From the NCBI GenBank assembly GCA_964550425.1, contig CAZJZB010000002.1:1626-65625 (forward strand): a DNA stretch of 64,000 nt, read 5' to 3'. Positions 28,451 through 39,429 of this stretch are shown here, one piece after another. The DNA is from an uncultured Candidatus Saccharibacteria bacterium. GTDB taxonomy: Bacteria; Patescibacteriota; Minisyncoccia; Phycocordibacterales; Phycocordibacteraceae. Every line of letters starts with the position of its first letter. Position 1 is the first letter of the stretch. Made by a program: the position numbers and the translations under genes. The notes under the pieces were generated by a model. The model did not search any database and was not told the origin of the DNA. It worked only from the letters and a program-made list of their open reading frames with translations.

Positions 28451-29446
28451 CTATTTCTTTCCTGGTTTAGGGTTCTTGAGATACCACTCTATTGTTTTCT
28501 GAAGGCCATCTTCAAGAGATGTCTTCGCTTCCCAGCCGATATCTTTTTTTATCTTCGATACATCTGCTAAACGGCGCTTCACGCTGCCTTCTGGAGAATT
28601 TTTAATATCAAGTGTTTGCGGTTTCCACCCCATCAACTCAAACATTTTCTCTATCAAATCAGAAATGACTGTCTCTTCGTGTGTGCCAATATGATAGGTA
28701 CCACCATCGGTCACGGGTGATTCCATGACCGCTTGTATCGCCTCAACTGCGTCGTCGATGTAGCAAAACGAGCGTGTATCGTCAGCACCAAAGATTGGAA
28801 ACGGCTCAACCTTGGCGCTCACTCTCCGGACTATCTCTGGGATGACATGCTCATATCCCGCGCGTGGCCCGTAGAAGTTATGTGGACGCACTATAGACAT
28901 ACGGAAATTGTACGCCTTCGCGTAGTGGATAAAGAAAAGCTCGCCGATGAGTTTCTGGCCGCCATACGACCAGCGCGGGTTGTACGTGTCAGCAATAACG
29001 AGAGGAACATTTTCTGGTGTCGGAATAGGAAGCTTGCCGAATGCCTCAAGTGCGCTAGCGTACGCCTCATTGGAAGAGGTATAGAGAATTTTTGCCCCCG
29101 GCTTATTATTTTTTGAACGGAACCATTCAAGCACATTCATCGTTGTTGAGACGCCGATGCGAAGCACCTCGTGCGGGATTTCGTAGAAAAATTTTGTCCC
29201 ATTGATGCCGACTAAATGGTAGACCTCATCGTACCCCGTGCCGATAGCATCCCATGCCTCTAGTCGTGTCAGGTCTGTCTCAATAAGCGTAACGTTCGGT
29301 AATGCGAGGAGCGTTGCGAGATCGGTATCGTGCCGACTGCGAAAGAAATTGTCTGCAATCGTAATGTCGTGGCCGGCTGTCGCAAGACGCTTCGAGAGAT
29401 GGTATCCGATAAACCCCGCCCCGCCCGTGATGAGGATTTTCTTCAT
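28451..29446 (-). CDS. NAD-dependent nucleotide-sugar epimerase/decarboxylase (UXS-like)
   Basis: ITGGAGFIG, PRWSYGGQK, HNFYGPR. Confidence 0.88.
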   Translation of the reverse strand: MKKILITGGAGFIGYHLSKRLATAGHDITIADNFFRSRHDTDLATLLALPNVTLIETDLTRLEAWDAIGTGYDEVYHLVGINGTKFFYEIPHEVLRIGVSTTMNVLEWFRSKNNKPGAKILYTSSNEAYASALEAFGKLPIPTPENVPLVIADTYNPRWSYGGQKLIGELFFIHYAKAYNFRMSIVRPHNFYGPRAGYEHVIPEIVRRVSAKVEPFPIFGADDTRSFCYIDDAVEAIQAVMESPVTDGGTYHIGTHEETVISDLIEKMFELMGWKPQTLDIKNSPEGSVKRRLADVSKIKKDIGWEAKTSLEDGLQKTIEWYLKNPKPGKK

Positions 29447-29454
29447 TTCTCGCA

Positions 29455-30246
29455 CTATAGCACCGTCGTTTTGTAGCGTTTGTTTATCTCGACTATGTGA
29501 TCGAATAGAGACAAGTTCTCGGTTTCGCCCAACATTCGCTGCGCGTACTTTGCGAACGCGCTGGTGTCCTTGGGCAAGCACGACCCGCCAAAGCCGCGGA
29601 AGTTGTCGTTGCAATCGAGATATACAGGCGGTACCACGCGATGCTTAGTAATAGCGTTTTTTATCTTTTGATAATCAGCACCAGCTGCTTTCGTCACATC
29701 GTAAAACTGATTTGCGTACACGATACGGAGCGCGTTAAAGACGTTGAGGAAATATTTGCAGAACTCCGCCTCAAGTGGAGTCAGATATGCATAATTTTCA
29801 GGCAGGGGGTGATGCACTTTTTTAACCAGCTCGAAATCTTTCTCGTTGTATGCACCGACGATGCATATGTCGTGCTGTTCGACAAAGTCCGTATATGTAG
29901 CTTTTTCGCGCAAGAATTCCGGGCAAAATGCAAGGCGCAACTTTCGGTGCCGTGCGTGGAGTTTGTCGGTAGTTCCTGGTTCGACCGTCGACTTGATAGT
30001 CACGAGCCCTTTATATTTAGCTTTAGCGAGGTCCGCAACCACTTTTTCGACAACAGAGGTATTGCAGGTACCGTCTGGATTGGAGGGAGTTGGCACAGAA
30101 ATAAAGACCAGTTCAGAGGATAGAACGTCCTTGAGAGACGTTTCGGGAAGCTTAGTGTCAAACACATCTATGTCGTGGCCGATGCGGGAGAGACCGTGGT
30201 GCATGGTCTTACCGACAATGCCAACACCGATAATTCCTATATTCAT
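29455..30246 (-). CDS. UDP-glucose/GDP-mannose 6-dehydrogenase family, short form
   Basis: GVGIVG, VPTP, KSTV.PGT, PEFLRE, GFGGSCLPKD. Confidence 0.85.
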   Translation of the reverse strand: MNIGIIGVGIVGKTMHHGLSRIGHDIDVFDTKLPETSLKDVLSSELVFISVPTPSNPDGTCNTSVVEKVVADLAKAKYKGLVTIKSTVEPGTTDKLHARHRKLRLAFCPEFLREKATYTDFVEQHDICIVGAYNEKDFELVKKVHHPLPENYAYLTPLEAEFCKYFLNVFNALRIVYANQFYDVTKAAGADYQKIKNAITKHRVVPPVYLDCNDNFRGFGGSCLPKDTSAFAKYAQRMLGETENLSLFDHIVEINKRYKTTVL

Positions 30247-30325
30247 ACTGGGTGATAGTACCTCATTTTTAGTCGAAATTGCAACTAAAGTAACCAGGTA
30301 TGATACGATTAAGTTACTAGTAGCA

Positions 30326-31351
30326 ATGAAGATTTCGTTAACAAAAAATACGAAGGTGTATGTCGTAGCGCCTGCGGGAGTGGTAACTGGCGGTCCTGAG
30401 GACTTGTACGAGCTCGCGTACAGCTTGCGTGAGATGTATCCGAGAGTACGCGTGTATATGTATTATATCGCTAGGAGTGGTGTAGAAAACCCAATCGCTC
30501 CGGAGTACGAACATTTTGGTATGGAGCGCGCCACTACAATAGAAGACAGTGAGGATAATGTACTGATTCTCCCTGAGTATTACACAACCGAATTGCAGGA
30601 GCTTACCCGTATCAAAAAAGCGATCTGGTGGCTGGGAGTCGACGGCTACTATACATCTCCTGCACTTTCAAAAAATAAACGTTGGTTCAACAGCATGCTG
30701 CTGCGCCGTTTTAGGATCCAACGTTTCTTCTTCTTCAATAAGGAGCTTAGAAAGATCAAATGGAATTTTGTGCAAAACCGTCGCTTCTACGACCACCTCA
30801 CGCGTAAGGGGATGCCAAATATTTCTTATTTGATTGACCACGTAAACCCCATTTTTACCAATTACGAAATAGATGAATCGATTAAAGAGGACATCGTTTT
30901 GTATAATCCGGTCAAAGGGTATCGCTTTACTAGAAAACTCATAGCTGCCTCGCCGGACATCACGTTTATACCGACCTCATCTATACCACGTATGAGCGAG
31001 GAGGATAAAATAGCATTGATCAAACGCGCAAAAGTATACATAGATTTCGGCACTCACCCGGGCGGAGACCGGTTTCCTAAGGAGACGGCGCTGCTTGGTT
31101 GTTGCGTAATAACCGGCAAAGCCGGTACCGCAAACTATTTCGACGATGTGCCGATTCCACCCGACTATAAATTTTCTCAACCATACTTTATGGATCGTCT
31201 AACCATTTACCGGGTAAGGCGAAAGATAAAGCATTGCTTTGCAAACTACCACAACGAGGCGCGTCGATTCATACCTTTCCGTGAGCGCGCTCGGAGAGAT
31301 CATGAGACACACCTTTCCGACATCAAACACATCTTCTCGTATGAAGAATAG
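30326..31351 (+). CDS. Putative GT-B glycosyltransferase
   Basis: TGGPEDL, YNPVKG, YIDFGTHPGGDRFPKE. Confidence 0.6.
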   Translation: MKISLTKNTKVYVVAPAGVVTGGPEDLYELAYSLREMYPRVRVYMYYIARSGVENPIAPEYEHFGMERATTIEDSEDNVLILPEYYTTELQELTRIKKAIWWLGVDGYYTSPALSKNKRWFNSMLLRRFRIQRFFFFNKELRKIKWNFVQNRRFYDHLTRKGMPNISYLIDHVNPIFTNYEIDESIKEDIVLYNPVKGYRFTRKLIAASPDITFIPTSSIPRMSEEDKIALIKRAKVYIDFGTHPGGDRFPKETALLGCCVITGKAGTANYFDDVPIPPDYKFSQPYFMDRLTIYRVRRKIKHCFANYHNEARRFIPFRERARRDHETHLSDIKHIFSYEE

Positions 31352-32297
31352 GAAGGTTTTGACCTTCCGACCCGGCTCGATCGGTGATTGTTTGATGGGT
31401 AAGTATTTCTTGGAGCAGGTTCGGGCAACACATCCTGCTCTCACGGCTACTATTGCCGTACCGACGAGGGTCCAGATGGTGCGCGAACTTTTGGCGGCGT
31501 ATCCATGGATACACGTGGTGGAGATAAAAGCACTACGTCTACCTCGGCGTGATCTGGTTGTTACCCCCTATACCGGCGGCGTCTTCCCGCTGCGGACTAA
31601 ACTTTTTGCGCGTTTACTGGCTAAAAAATTAATCGGCTTTTCTGACCGCTCGCCGCTGAACCGTTTTTTGTACGACAAGGTTATAGAGCTTGTCGGCCGT
31701 TCGCGCGCTCCGCGTATCCTTGAGTGTGATGCTCTTGCGGCGGCGGGCATTCCGGTATCTTTTACGCAACCATCGTTTGCATATGTGCTGCAGCCGCAGC
31801 TTTTATCAAAACTTGGATTACAGGGGGGAAAATATGCTGTACTGCATCTTTTTTCCGGGAGCAATGCTCGGGGGCTCTCGCCGGATACTAAACGGTCATT
31901 GATTGAAGAGCTCGCAAAAATCTTGCCTGTGCCGCTGGTACTCACCGGCTCGCGCGCAGAAACTGATAGTCTGGGCGTATTGCCCGCGGGCGTATGTAGA
32001 GTAGAGACAACCATCCAAGAACTTGCGCACCTCATCGACCACGCGGCAGTGATAGTGTCACTCGATACAGGCGCCGCGCACATCGCCGCGCACCTGCGGA
32101 AACCTTTGGTGGTACTCGCCAGTTGTGTAGGAGTGCAGTGGTGGAACAAAGATATGTATGGTAGCGGCGTACCCACAGCACTTGTCACGCGATTAGACGT
32201 TTGTGAAGGCAATCACGATTATTCTGGCTATGCCAAATGTCTCGATGCCATCGACCCTGTCGAGGTCGCCAAGAGGGTGCGCGCCTTACTGCTATGA
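31341..32297 (+). CDS. Glycosyltransferase family 9
   Basis: SIGD at the N-terminus; DTGAAHIAA. Confidence 0.85.
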   Translation: MKNRKVLTFRPGSIGDCLMGKYFLEQVRATHPALTATIAVPTRVQMVRELLAAYPWIHVVEIKALRLPRRDLVVTPYTGGVFPLRTKLFARLLAKKLIGFSDRSPLNRFLYDKVIELVGRSRAPRILECDALAAAGIPVSFTQPSFAYVLQPQLLSKLGLQGGKYAVLHLFSGSNARGLSPDTKRSLIEELAKILPVPLVLTGSRAETDSLGVLPAGVCRVETTIQELAHLIDHAAVIVSLDTGAAHIAAHLRKPLVVLASCVGVQWWNKDMYGSGVPTALVTRLDVCEGNHDYSGYAKCLDAIDPVEVAKRVRALLL

Positions 32298-33367
32298 CCA
32301 TACATTTTTTCACATATGGGAATGAGCAGTCCGGATCGTCGCGTCAGCGAGCGTTTAAAGTTGCCAATGAACTGAACGCGCGTGGGATGCACGCTGTCGT
32401 ACATCGTCCTTCGACGATGTCGATGTCTCTTACTCCATGGCCAAAGAAAGGCGCGCTCATACTGCAACTTCTGCGCTCGCTCGCTTCTGTTAAAAAAGGA
32501 GATATCGTCTATTTACAAAGGACTATCTCAAACAAATATTTTTTTATCATTGTGGTTGTATATCTTTTCTTCTTTCGTCGGAAGATGATTTTTGACTTCG
32601 ATGACCCTGTCTATATCCATACATTTTTCAAGACAATGGTGTTTGTTAAAATGGCCAACGCAGTGATTGTGTGCAGCCATGGACAAAAAGAATGGGCCTT
32701 ACAATTTAATCCAAACGTACATCTGTTCCATATTTCGCTTGATTTCTCGGCGTATCGGAAATTTACAAAAGAATATGCGAATGAACAGAATCCTCTCATA
32801 ATTGGTTGGGTAGGGAATGGTCCGGAGCATATTGACCATTTTAAAATACTCGTTCCCGTCTTTAAAAAACTACTGACGGGAACAACTACCCCTTTCAAGT
32901 TTCGTCTTATCGGAGCACTCAAAAATAAAAATGTGTATGAGCTATTCGAAAATATTCATGACCTCAATGTTGAATATATAGATAGTTTGGATTGGACTGA
33001 TCCAGAGAGTGTCCCACGAGAAATTCAAAAATTTGATATCGGCGTCATGCCACATTTGTCTGACGGCAAATGGAACCAGAGTAAAACGGCCTTTAAGCAC
33101 CTTGAATATATGGCCTGCGGGGTCGCGACCATGGTGAGCACTTTCGGAGAGATGCCCTATATCTTCCGTGAAGGGGTAAATGGGTATATGGCGTCGAATA
33201 CAGACGAGTGGGTTTTGAAGCTTCAAAATCTTCTTTCAGACAAAGAGCTCCGGATGAAACTAGGGTTAGCCGGTCAGAAAACGGTTCAAGAGGGTTATTG
33301 CTACGAGGTAATGATTCCTCGCTTCATTGAGTTGATTAACTCGTTGTCAGAGAGTACCATTTCATGA
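32294..33367 (+). CDS. Glycosyltransferase family 4-like
   Basis: SSRQR, FDFDD, IGWVG, KTAFKHLEYMACG. Confidence 0.85.
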   Translation: MTIHFFTYGNEQSGSSRQRAFKVANELNARGMHAVVHRPSTMSMSLTPWPKKGALILQLLRSLASVKKGDIVYLQRTISNKYFFIIVVVYLFFFRRKMIFDFDDPVYIHTFFKTMVFVKMANAVIVCSHGQKEWALQFNPNVHLFHISLDFSAYRKFTKEYANEQNPLIIGWVGNGPEHIDHFKILVPVFKKLLTGTTTPFKFRLIGALKNKNVYELFENIHDLNVEYIDSLDWTDPESVPREIQKFDIGVMPHLSDGKWNQSKTAFKHLEYMACGVATMVSTFGEMPYIFREGVNGYMASNTDEWVLKLQNLLSDKELRMKLGLAGQKTVQEGYCYEVMIPRFIELINSLSESTIS

Positions 33368-34389
33368 TGCGAGGGTTTGGCAATACGACCATGGTAGTGC
33401 TTGGTGGAGCCGGTTTTATCGGCTCCAATTTCATTCGACAGGTGATATCAAAGTCCCCAAAAACTAAGATTGTCTGCGTTGATGCTCTTACCTATGCTGG
33501 CAATCGAGAAAATCTAAAAGGTCTTCCCGCAAAGCGCTTCGCGTTTATAAAAGGAGATATTACTGACACAGTGCACATGAAAAAGATTTTTATAAAGTAT
33601 GCTCCCTCATATGTGATTAATTTTGCAGCGGAGTCGCATGTCGATAGGAGTATTCACGGGGGAGCTGGAGTGTGTATACGGACAAATGTGTATGGCACCA
33701 CCGTACTGCTTGAAGCATTGCGGCACACACCATCGGTGAAGAAATTTGTACAGGTAAGCACCGACGAAGTGTATGGAGCCCTTTCGCTCAACTCGAAGAG
33801 TACATTTACTGAACAGTCACCGCTTGCCCCTAATTCCCCTTACGCCGCCTCAAAGGCCTCATCTGATCTTGTTGCCAGTGCCTACTACGCTACCTACGCG
33901 TTACCTATCGTGATTACTCGTTGTTCTAACAACTATGGTCCGTATGCGTATCCAGAGAAATTCATTCCTTACTCAATAACACGCCTTATGGAAGGGAAAT
34001 CTATCGCGCTCTACGGTGACGGGAAATACGTACGTGACTGGATTCATGTGGAGGATCACTGTAGAGCCCTAGTCCTCGCTTTAGTGAAGGGAATACCTGG
34101 TGAGATATATAACGTTGGTGCAAATGATGAAGTAGATAATCTTACCCTGGCAAAAAACATACTCAAATACTTCAAGAAAGATATGTCGGCGCTCACTTTT
34201 GTGAAGGATCGACCCGGTCACGATCGTCGGTATGCCATTGATGCTTCCAAAATTAAGAAAGAATTGGGGTGGAAACCGAAACATTCATTTCGCACCTCAT
34301 TCAACCCAACTATCGCGTGGTATGTACAAAATGCAGGGTGGGCGCGCCGCGCGCTGAAACGTACTGGTATAGCGAACATTCATATATGA
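33364..34389 (+). CDS. rmlB: dTDP-glucose 4,6-dehydratase
   Basis: GGAGFIGSNF, DALTYAGN, AAESHVDRSI, STDEVYG, DRPGHDRRY. Confidence 0.95.
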   Translation: MMRGFGNTTMVVLGGAGFIGSNFIRQVISKSPKTKIVCVDALTYAGNRENLKGLPAKRFAFIKGDITDTVHMKKIFIKYAPSYVINFAAESHVDRSIHGGAGVCIRTNVYGTTVLLEALRHTPSVKKFVQVSTDEVYGALSLNSKSTFTEQSPLAPNSPYAASKASSDLVASAYYATYALPIVITRCSNNYGPYAYPEKFIPYSITRLMEGKSIALYGDGKYVRDWIHVEDHCRALVLALVKGIPGEIYNVGANDEVDNLTLAKNILKYFKKDMSALTFVKDRPGHDRRYAIDASKIKKELGWKPKHSFRTSFNPTIAWYVQNAGWARRALKRTGIANIHI

Positions 34390-35102
34390 AAGGAGTGATT
34401 CTTGCTGGGGGGCTCGGTATGCGATTGTATCCGCTTACCAAAATAACCAATAAGCATCTCTTGCCGGTATACGACAAGCCGATGATACTGTATCCGCTCG
34501 AGACATTGAAGCGCTCCGACATAACTGACATTATGATTGTTTGTGGCCGGGAGCACGCAGGGCATTTTATGCAGTTTTTGGGCTCGGGAAAAGAGTTCGG
34601 GGTAAAGATGTCCTACGCGCTTCAAGATGCGAATAATGGCGGCATTGCTGATGCACTTTCTTATGCAGAAGATTTTGCTGAAGGTGCGCCTATTGCCGTC
34701 ATTCTCGGCGATAATATATTCGAGCATGATTTTAAAAAAGCGGTGAATAGGTATACGGGTGGTGCGACAGTGTTCTTTAAGAAGGTAAAAGATCCAAAAC
34801 GATTCGGTGTCCCCGTATTCTCAAAAGACGGAAAGAAGATTCTGCGTATTGAAGAGAAGCCGAAAAAACCGAAGTCGCCTTACGCTCAGACGGGGTTCTG
34901 GATTCTTGAGCCAAGCGTTTTCTCTGTCGTGAAAACGCTTAAACCGTCCGGGCGCGGAGAGCTGGAAATGACTGATGCCATCAATCATTATGTGCGTGCG
35001 GGGAGTATTTCTTTTGATGTTGTGCGCGGAGCATGGCTTGATGCTGGCACGATAGAATCTTTGCACCGTGCCTCGGTATTTATACGAAATAAGAAAGTAT
35101 AA
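34386..35102 (+). CDS. rmlA: Glucose-1-phosphate thymidylyltransferase, short form
   Basis: GVILAGG, NKHLLPVYDKPMI, LGDN, PSGRGELE. Confidence 0.9.
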   Translation: MKGVILAGGLGMRLYPLTKITNKHLLPVYDKPMILYPLETLKRSDITDIMIVCGREHAGHFMQFLGSGKEFGVKMSYALQDANNGGIADALSYAEDFAEGAPIAVILGDNIFEHDFKKAVNRYTGGATVFFKKVKDPKRFGVPVFSKDGKKILRIEEKPKKPKSPYAQTGFWILEPSVFSVVKTLKPSGRGELEMTDAINHYVRAGSISFDVVRGAWLDAGTIESLHRASVFIRNKKV

Positions 35103-35109
35103 TTAAAAT

Positions 35110-35664
35110 ATGGCATCTTCATCACTTGAAATCAAAGAGCTCGATTTGCCGGGCGTGTTGCTCTTGCAACCGAAGCGGTACGATGATGCCCGCGGCTTTT
35201 TCGTGGAAACTTTTCACCACAAGGATCTGGCAGCTGTCGGTATCACCAGTGCTTTTGTACAAGACAACCTCTCATATTCAAAAAAGAATGTTCTTCGCGG
35301 CATGCATTTCCAGAAGAAGCCACATGCGCAAGCGAAACTCGTGCGTTGTGTATCGGGAGAGATATATGACGTGGTCGCTGACTACGATCGGGACTCGGCG
35401 ACCTTTGGAAAAAGTGTCGCGGTACATCTTACTGGAGAAAAACAGAATATGCTCTACGTTCCTCCCGAATATGCTCACGGTTTCTGCGTTCTCTCTAATG
35501 AGGCAGTGGTTGAATATAAAGTAGATGATTACTACCATCCCGAAAGTGCCTTTGGTCTACGGTATGATGATCCAGTATTTGAGATCGCATGGCCGCTGCA
35601 CGATCCCATTCTCTCAGAACAAGACAAGAAATGGCCGTTACTTGCATCAATCCGGGATTATTAA
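35110..35664 (+). CDS. rmlC: dTDP-4-dehydrorhamnose 3,5-epimerase
   Basis: DARGFF, QDN.S.S, LRGMHFQ, AHGF. Confidence 0.95.
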   Translation: MASSSLEIKELDLPGVLLLQPKRYDDARGFFVETFHHKDLAAVGITSAFVQDNLSYSKKNVLRGMHFQKKPHAQAKLVRCVSGEIYDVVADYDRDSATFGKSVAVHLTGEKQNMLYVPPEYAHGFCVLSNEAVVEYKVDDYYHPESAFGLRYDDPVFEIAWPLHDPILSEQDKKWPLLASIRDY

Positions 35665-35682
35665 TGTGGCTACACACCTTCC

Positions 35683-36522
35683 ATGACCAACAACCCCACG
35701 CACGATCTCTTTGCGAAGACGCTCATTACAGGATCGGATGGTATGGTCGGTAGCTACATACATTTTGGAGTTCGTATGAATCATCATTCTCTCGATGTAA
35801 CAAATCTCTCGAATGTTATGTCCGTATGTACAGAACATATGCCGCGCATCATCATCCACTTCGCCGCCGCTACCGATCTCACACGTTGTCAACAGGATCC
35901 CGCATATGCCTATACAGTGAATTCTGTTGGGACGTATAATCTCGCTCTTGCCGCACGCCGTATTGGTGCCAAGCTTGTATACATTTCGACATTTGCTGTG
36001 TTTGACGGCACCAAGGAAGAACCATACACGGAGACTGACATTCCAAATCCGCTAAACATATACGGTCATTCAAAATATCTTGGCGAGCTTGCTGCGCGGG
36101 GTATTCTTGATGATTTCCTTCTCGTGCGTGCTTCGTGGATATTTGGCGGCGGTAAAGATAAGGATATAAAGTTTGTAGGGAAGATCTTGAAGCAGCTCGA
36201 TAAGGATGAAATAAAAGTAATTACTGATAAACGCGGCTCGCCGACGTATGCAAAGGATTTGGTTGCGAGTATTCGGCAGCTTATTGTGGAGAATAAAAAA
36301 GGGATATATAACGTGGGAAATGTTGGGAGTGCGACTCGATATGACATCGCCAATGAGATCAAGTCGATTATGGGAGCACAAACAAAGATTATTCCGATTA
36401 CATCAGCTGATTTTCCACTCGTGTACCCGATTGGAGCAAATGAAGGCATGGTGTCGAGAGTCCCTATACGGTCTTGGCAAGAAGCGTTACGAGAATATAT
36501 AGAAACAGAATGGAAAAAATAA
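35683..36522 (+). CDS. rmlD: dTDP-4-dehydrorhamnose reductase
   Basis: TGSDGMVG, PLNIYGHSK, GSPTY. Confidence 0.88.
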   Translation: MTNNPTHDLFAKTLITGSDGMVGSYIHFGVRMNHHSLDVTNLSNVMSVCTEHMPRIIIHFAAATDLTRCQQDPAYAYTVNSVGTYNLALAARRIGAKLVYISTFAVFDGTKEEPYTETDIPNPLNIYGHSKYLGELAARGILDDFLLVRASWIFGGGKDKDIKFVGKILKQLDKDEIKVITDKRGSPTYAKDLVASIRQLIVENKKGIYNVGNVGSATRYDIANEIKSIMGAQTKIIPITSADFPLVYPIGANEGMVSRVPIRSWQEALREYIETEWKK

Positions 36523-37388
36523 TACTAAAGAAAAGTGTTGAAGAGAAAGCTGCGGAGAGATCGCGGTCCGTGGAGAGAATATATGCAGCAGCACTTGAAC
36601 AGCACACACAGTTCAAACAGATTCCTGAACAAGATATCAAGGAGGTTATAGGAACAGCTCTTGAAGAGATAGAGAAATTAGAAAGGGCAGGCAATCTTTC
36701 GGATGCTCTTACTGCTCTTACGCTCGAAGTGGCTGAGAGTATTTCGGCGTTGTGGGTACTTTCGGGTCCCGGGAGCTATGATGAACCAGCTAAAGAAGAT
36801 CGCTATAAGAATTATTCTTGGGCTAGAGGTATGGACAGAGCGCGTCTTTCTTACGGAGCTCTTCTTTCTCGGAAGATTTCAGAAAAACTTTCCAGTGAGA
36901 TTCTGAAAGGATCTATAAGTAAAGTTCCTGCAAGAATACAAAAAGCTCGTGAATTGATAGCTGAGCATGGTCCAACCATCATATACAACGGTACAGAACT
37001 CGAGAATTCAGTGGCACGAGATGTGCTTACCAGGGAGGGTATCATCATTCCACCCGAGAGGGCTATAATTGCAGGAGAAGGTATAGACAATACGGTCGAT
37101 CAAATAAAGGATTTTAAATTTCCAGAAGAATTACATCAATCAGGTGGTGAAATTGGTATCGTCTCGCATGCTCCTCACATAATGCGCATTATCCATATGT
37201 TAAGTCAGTACCAAACGCTTCCCAAAGATATGACTGTGCGACTCTTTCCCATGGTCACACCACAAGGAGGAAAGGAAGAATATGCGGACAATGAAATCAA
37301 AGGTCTTTTATACTATGTTTTCTTGGCAAAAAAAGCTCAACCCACCGCCTACCCGGCGCTCATCCATGGAGAGAAGCACCTATCGTGA
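36510..37388 (+). CDS. Hypothetical protein, distant DUF218/YdcF-like
   Basis: IIYNG, NTVDQI, IVSHAPHIMR resemble DUF218 motifs. Confidence 0.5.
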   Translation: MEKIILKKSVEEKAAERSRSVERIYAAALEQHTQFKQIPEQDIKEVIGTALEEIEKLERAGNLSDALTALTLEVAESISALWVLSGPGSYDEPAKEDRYKNYSWARGMDRARLSYGALLSRKISEKLSSEILKGSISKVPARIQKARELIAEHGPTIIYNGTELENSVARDVLTREGIIIPPERAIIAGEGIDNTVDQIKDFKFPEELHQSGGEIGIVSHAPHIMRIIHMLSQYQTLPKDMTVRLFPMVTPQGGKEEYADNEIKGLLYYVFLAKKAQPTAYPALIHGEKHLS

Positions 37389-38629
37389 ACGAAACTTTTA
37401 TGCAAGATTATATTCATAAAACAACGTGCCGTGTATGCGAAGGGACAGATGTAGTACAAGTGCTTGATTTGGGTTCTACGCCGCCCGCAAACGCGTATCT
37501 GAAAAAAGAGGATCTGGAGAAACCAGAAAAGTTTTTTCCGTTGGTACTGTATTTTTGTAGAACATGCTCGCTTGCACAACTTCTAGATGTGGTGAATCCA
37601 GAAATTCTATTTAAAGATTATCATTTCTTAACCGGTGCGAGTTCTCCGTCAATCATACATTTTAAACGTTATGCAGAGGAGGCGATACTGCCGCTCATAA
37701 CTTCACCGAACGACCTCGTGATTGATATAGGCGGGAACGATGGCATACTTCTGAGCTATGTTAAAGATTTTGCACGCGTGCTTAACGTTGATCCTGCCGA
37801 CAATCTAGCTCCCCTTTCAGAAGGAAACGGCGTGCCGTTCTATCCGGCATTCTTCACTTCAAAAGTCGCCAATGATATTCTGAAAGAATACGGAGAGGCG
37901 AAGGTCGTCGTCGCGAATAATGTGTTCGCCCATACCGACCCAATTCGAGATGTATTCAAGGGGGTATCGAAACTCATTGGAGAGGATGGGACGTTTATAT
38001 TTGAAGTGCATTGGGCAAAACACCTCATCGAAAGTTGCGTATTTGATCAAATCTATCATGAGCATCTTTGTTTCTACTCATTGCACGCAGCGAAATATCT
38101 CGTTGAGGCGGTAGGGATGAAGATATTCGATGTTGCTATTGTCCCCGAGCAGGGTCAGTCACTTCGAGTGTATGCCAGTAAGAAGAGGGCTGAAAGAGAT
38201 TCAGTCAATGAAATTTTGAATATTGAGAAAAAAGCGGGGTTGACTGATGAGAAGACATTTCTTGCTTTTGGGAAAAAAGTAAGCGCCAATAAGGAGAAGC
38301 TTCGGATACTTCTCCTGGATTTAAAAGCGAAAGGGAAGAGTATTATCGGCTATGGAGCTCCCGCTAAAGGCAACACACTTCTCAATTACTACGAGATTGG
38401 GCCAGACATTCTTGACTACCTCACCGACACCACGATCCTCAAGCAGGGGCTCTATAGTCCAGGCATGCATATCCCCATTGTCTCGCCAGAGAAACTTCTC
38501 ACCAACACTCCCGATTATATTCTCCTTCTTGCCTGGAATTTCAAAGATGCGGTTTTGGAAAAGGAAAAAACACTTCGAGCGAAAGGGGTCAAATTCATCA
38601 GCACGGTACCGCAGATAGAAATCCTCTAA
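37385..38629 (+). CDS. NDP-sugar C-methyltransferase (second paralogue)
   Basis: CRVC..LDLG.TPPAN, DIGGNDG, FDQIYHEH, YGAPAKGNTLLN. Confidence 0.9.
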   Translation: MNETFMQDYIHKTTCRVCEGTDVVQVLDLGSTPPANAYLKKEDLEKPEKFFPLVLYFCRTCSLAQLLDVVNPEILFKDYHFLTGASSPSIIHFKRYAEEAILPLITSPNDLVIDIGGNDGILLSYVKDFARVLNVDPADNLAPLSEGNGVPFYPAFFTSKVANDILKEYGEAKVVVANNVFAHTDPIRDVFKGVSKLIGEDGTFIFEVHWAKHLIESCVFDQIYHEHLCFYSLHAAKYLVEAVGMKIFDVAIVPEQGQSLRVYASKKRAERDSVNEILNIEKKAGLTDEKTFLAFGKKVSANKEKLRILLLDLKAKGKSIIGYGAPAKGNTLLNYYEIGPDILDYLTDTTILKQGLYSPGMHIPIVSPEKLLTNTPDYILLLAWNFKDAVLEKEKTLRAKGVKFISTVPQIEIL

Positions 38630-38638
38630 GTCCACTCA

Positions 38639-39325
38639 TTAGATCTTCCTCCCGTAGTATTCAATAGTCGCATCATTGTAAAATAGTTGCTCCGTCTTAA
38701 AACCGAGGTGAGTCATCATTTCGCGCACCAAATTTTTATCAAACACATGGAAATGTGTATAAATTTGTGGGTTCGTTATGTAATTTGCATACCAGGCGTC
38801 GTAGTCATGGTAGACCAGCTCTTTTGTAGCATCAAAGTTCTTTAGAAATTCTTCAGTATGCGTTTTGTCGTCCAACCCAGTATTATTCTTGTAGTCGTCT
38901 ATGAGATGTTCGAAAGGAGTAAGCGAGCGCTTATGATCAAAAGTCCTTTTGTAATAGGGAATACCGGCGTACATGAGACCATCCTTTTTTAAGATTCTTT
39001 TCCATTCATAAAGTGCCTTCAACGGATTCGTGAGGTGTTCAATCGTTCCGGAGGACGCCACGAAATCAACGCTCTCGTCTGCGAGCATAGGCAAAGAGTG
39101 TGCATCTGCTTTTATATCAACGGTATTTTTTCTGTCATGATAGGTGTCGCTAATGTTTACCTCGATTACTTTTTTTGCTCGAGCTATCCTGCCATCCAAT
39201 ATACGTATTGCACCGCCAACCTTCAGAACAGTCGTATTGTCCCAGTTCATACGTCGTATGGACATCGGTATGGTGAGACGGGAAAAATATTGTCTGTATT
39301 TGTTGAGCAGATAATCTTGTATCAT
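38639..39325 (-). CDS. Class I SAM methyltransferase
   Basis: ADAHSLP..DESVDFV.SSGTIEHL.NP, HFHVF. Confidence 0.8.
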   Translation of the reverse strand: MIQDYLLNKYRQYFSRLTIPMSIRRMNWDNTTVLKVGGAIRILDGRIARAKKVIEVNISDTYHDRKNTVDIKADAHSLPMLADESVDFVASSGTIEHLTNPLKALYEWKRILKKDGLMYAGIPYYKRTFDHKRSLTPFEHLIDDYKNNTGLDDKTHTEEFLKNFDATKELVYHDYDAWYANYITNPQIYTHFHVFDKNLVREMMTHLGFKTEQLFYNDATIEYYGRKI

Positions 39326-39429
39326 GACGTAAAAATGCAGTACGAGACACTATTGCATCGCCTCAGCGATTGTGCAAGGGTCAGAAACCCCGGGCGGTAT
39401 CTGTTTGTTATAATCTGCAAGCACTCGAA

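Noticed and set aside
29455-30246. Truncated ugd pseudogene
   Set aside because: Catalytic motifs are intact, the stop is clean and there is no downstream remnant; treated as a short-form enzyme.
31341-32297. LPS heptosyltransferase implying LPS
   Set aside because: GT9 motifs alone do not fix the substrate; no lipid A/Kdo genes are in the window.
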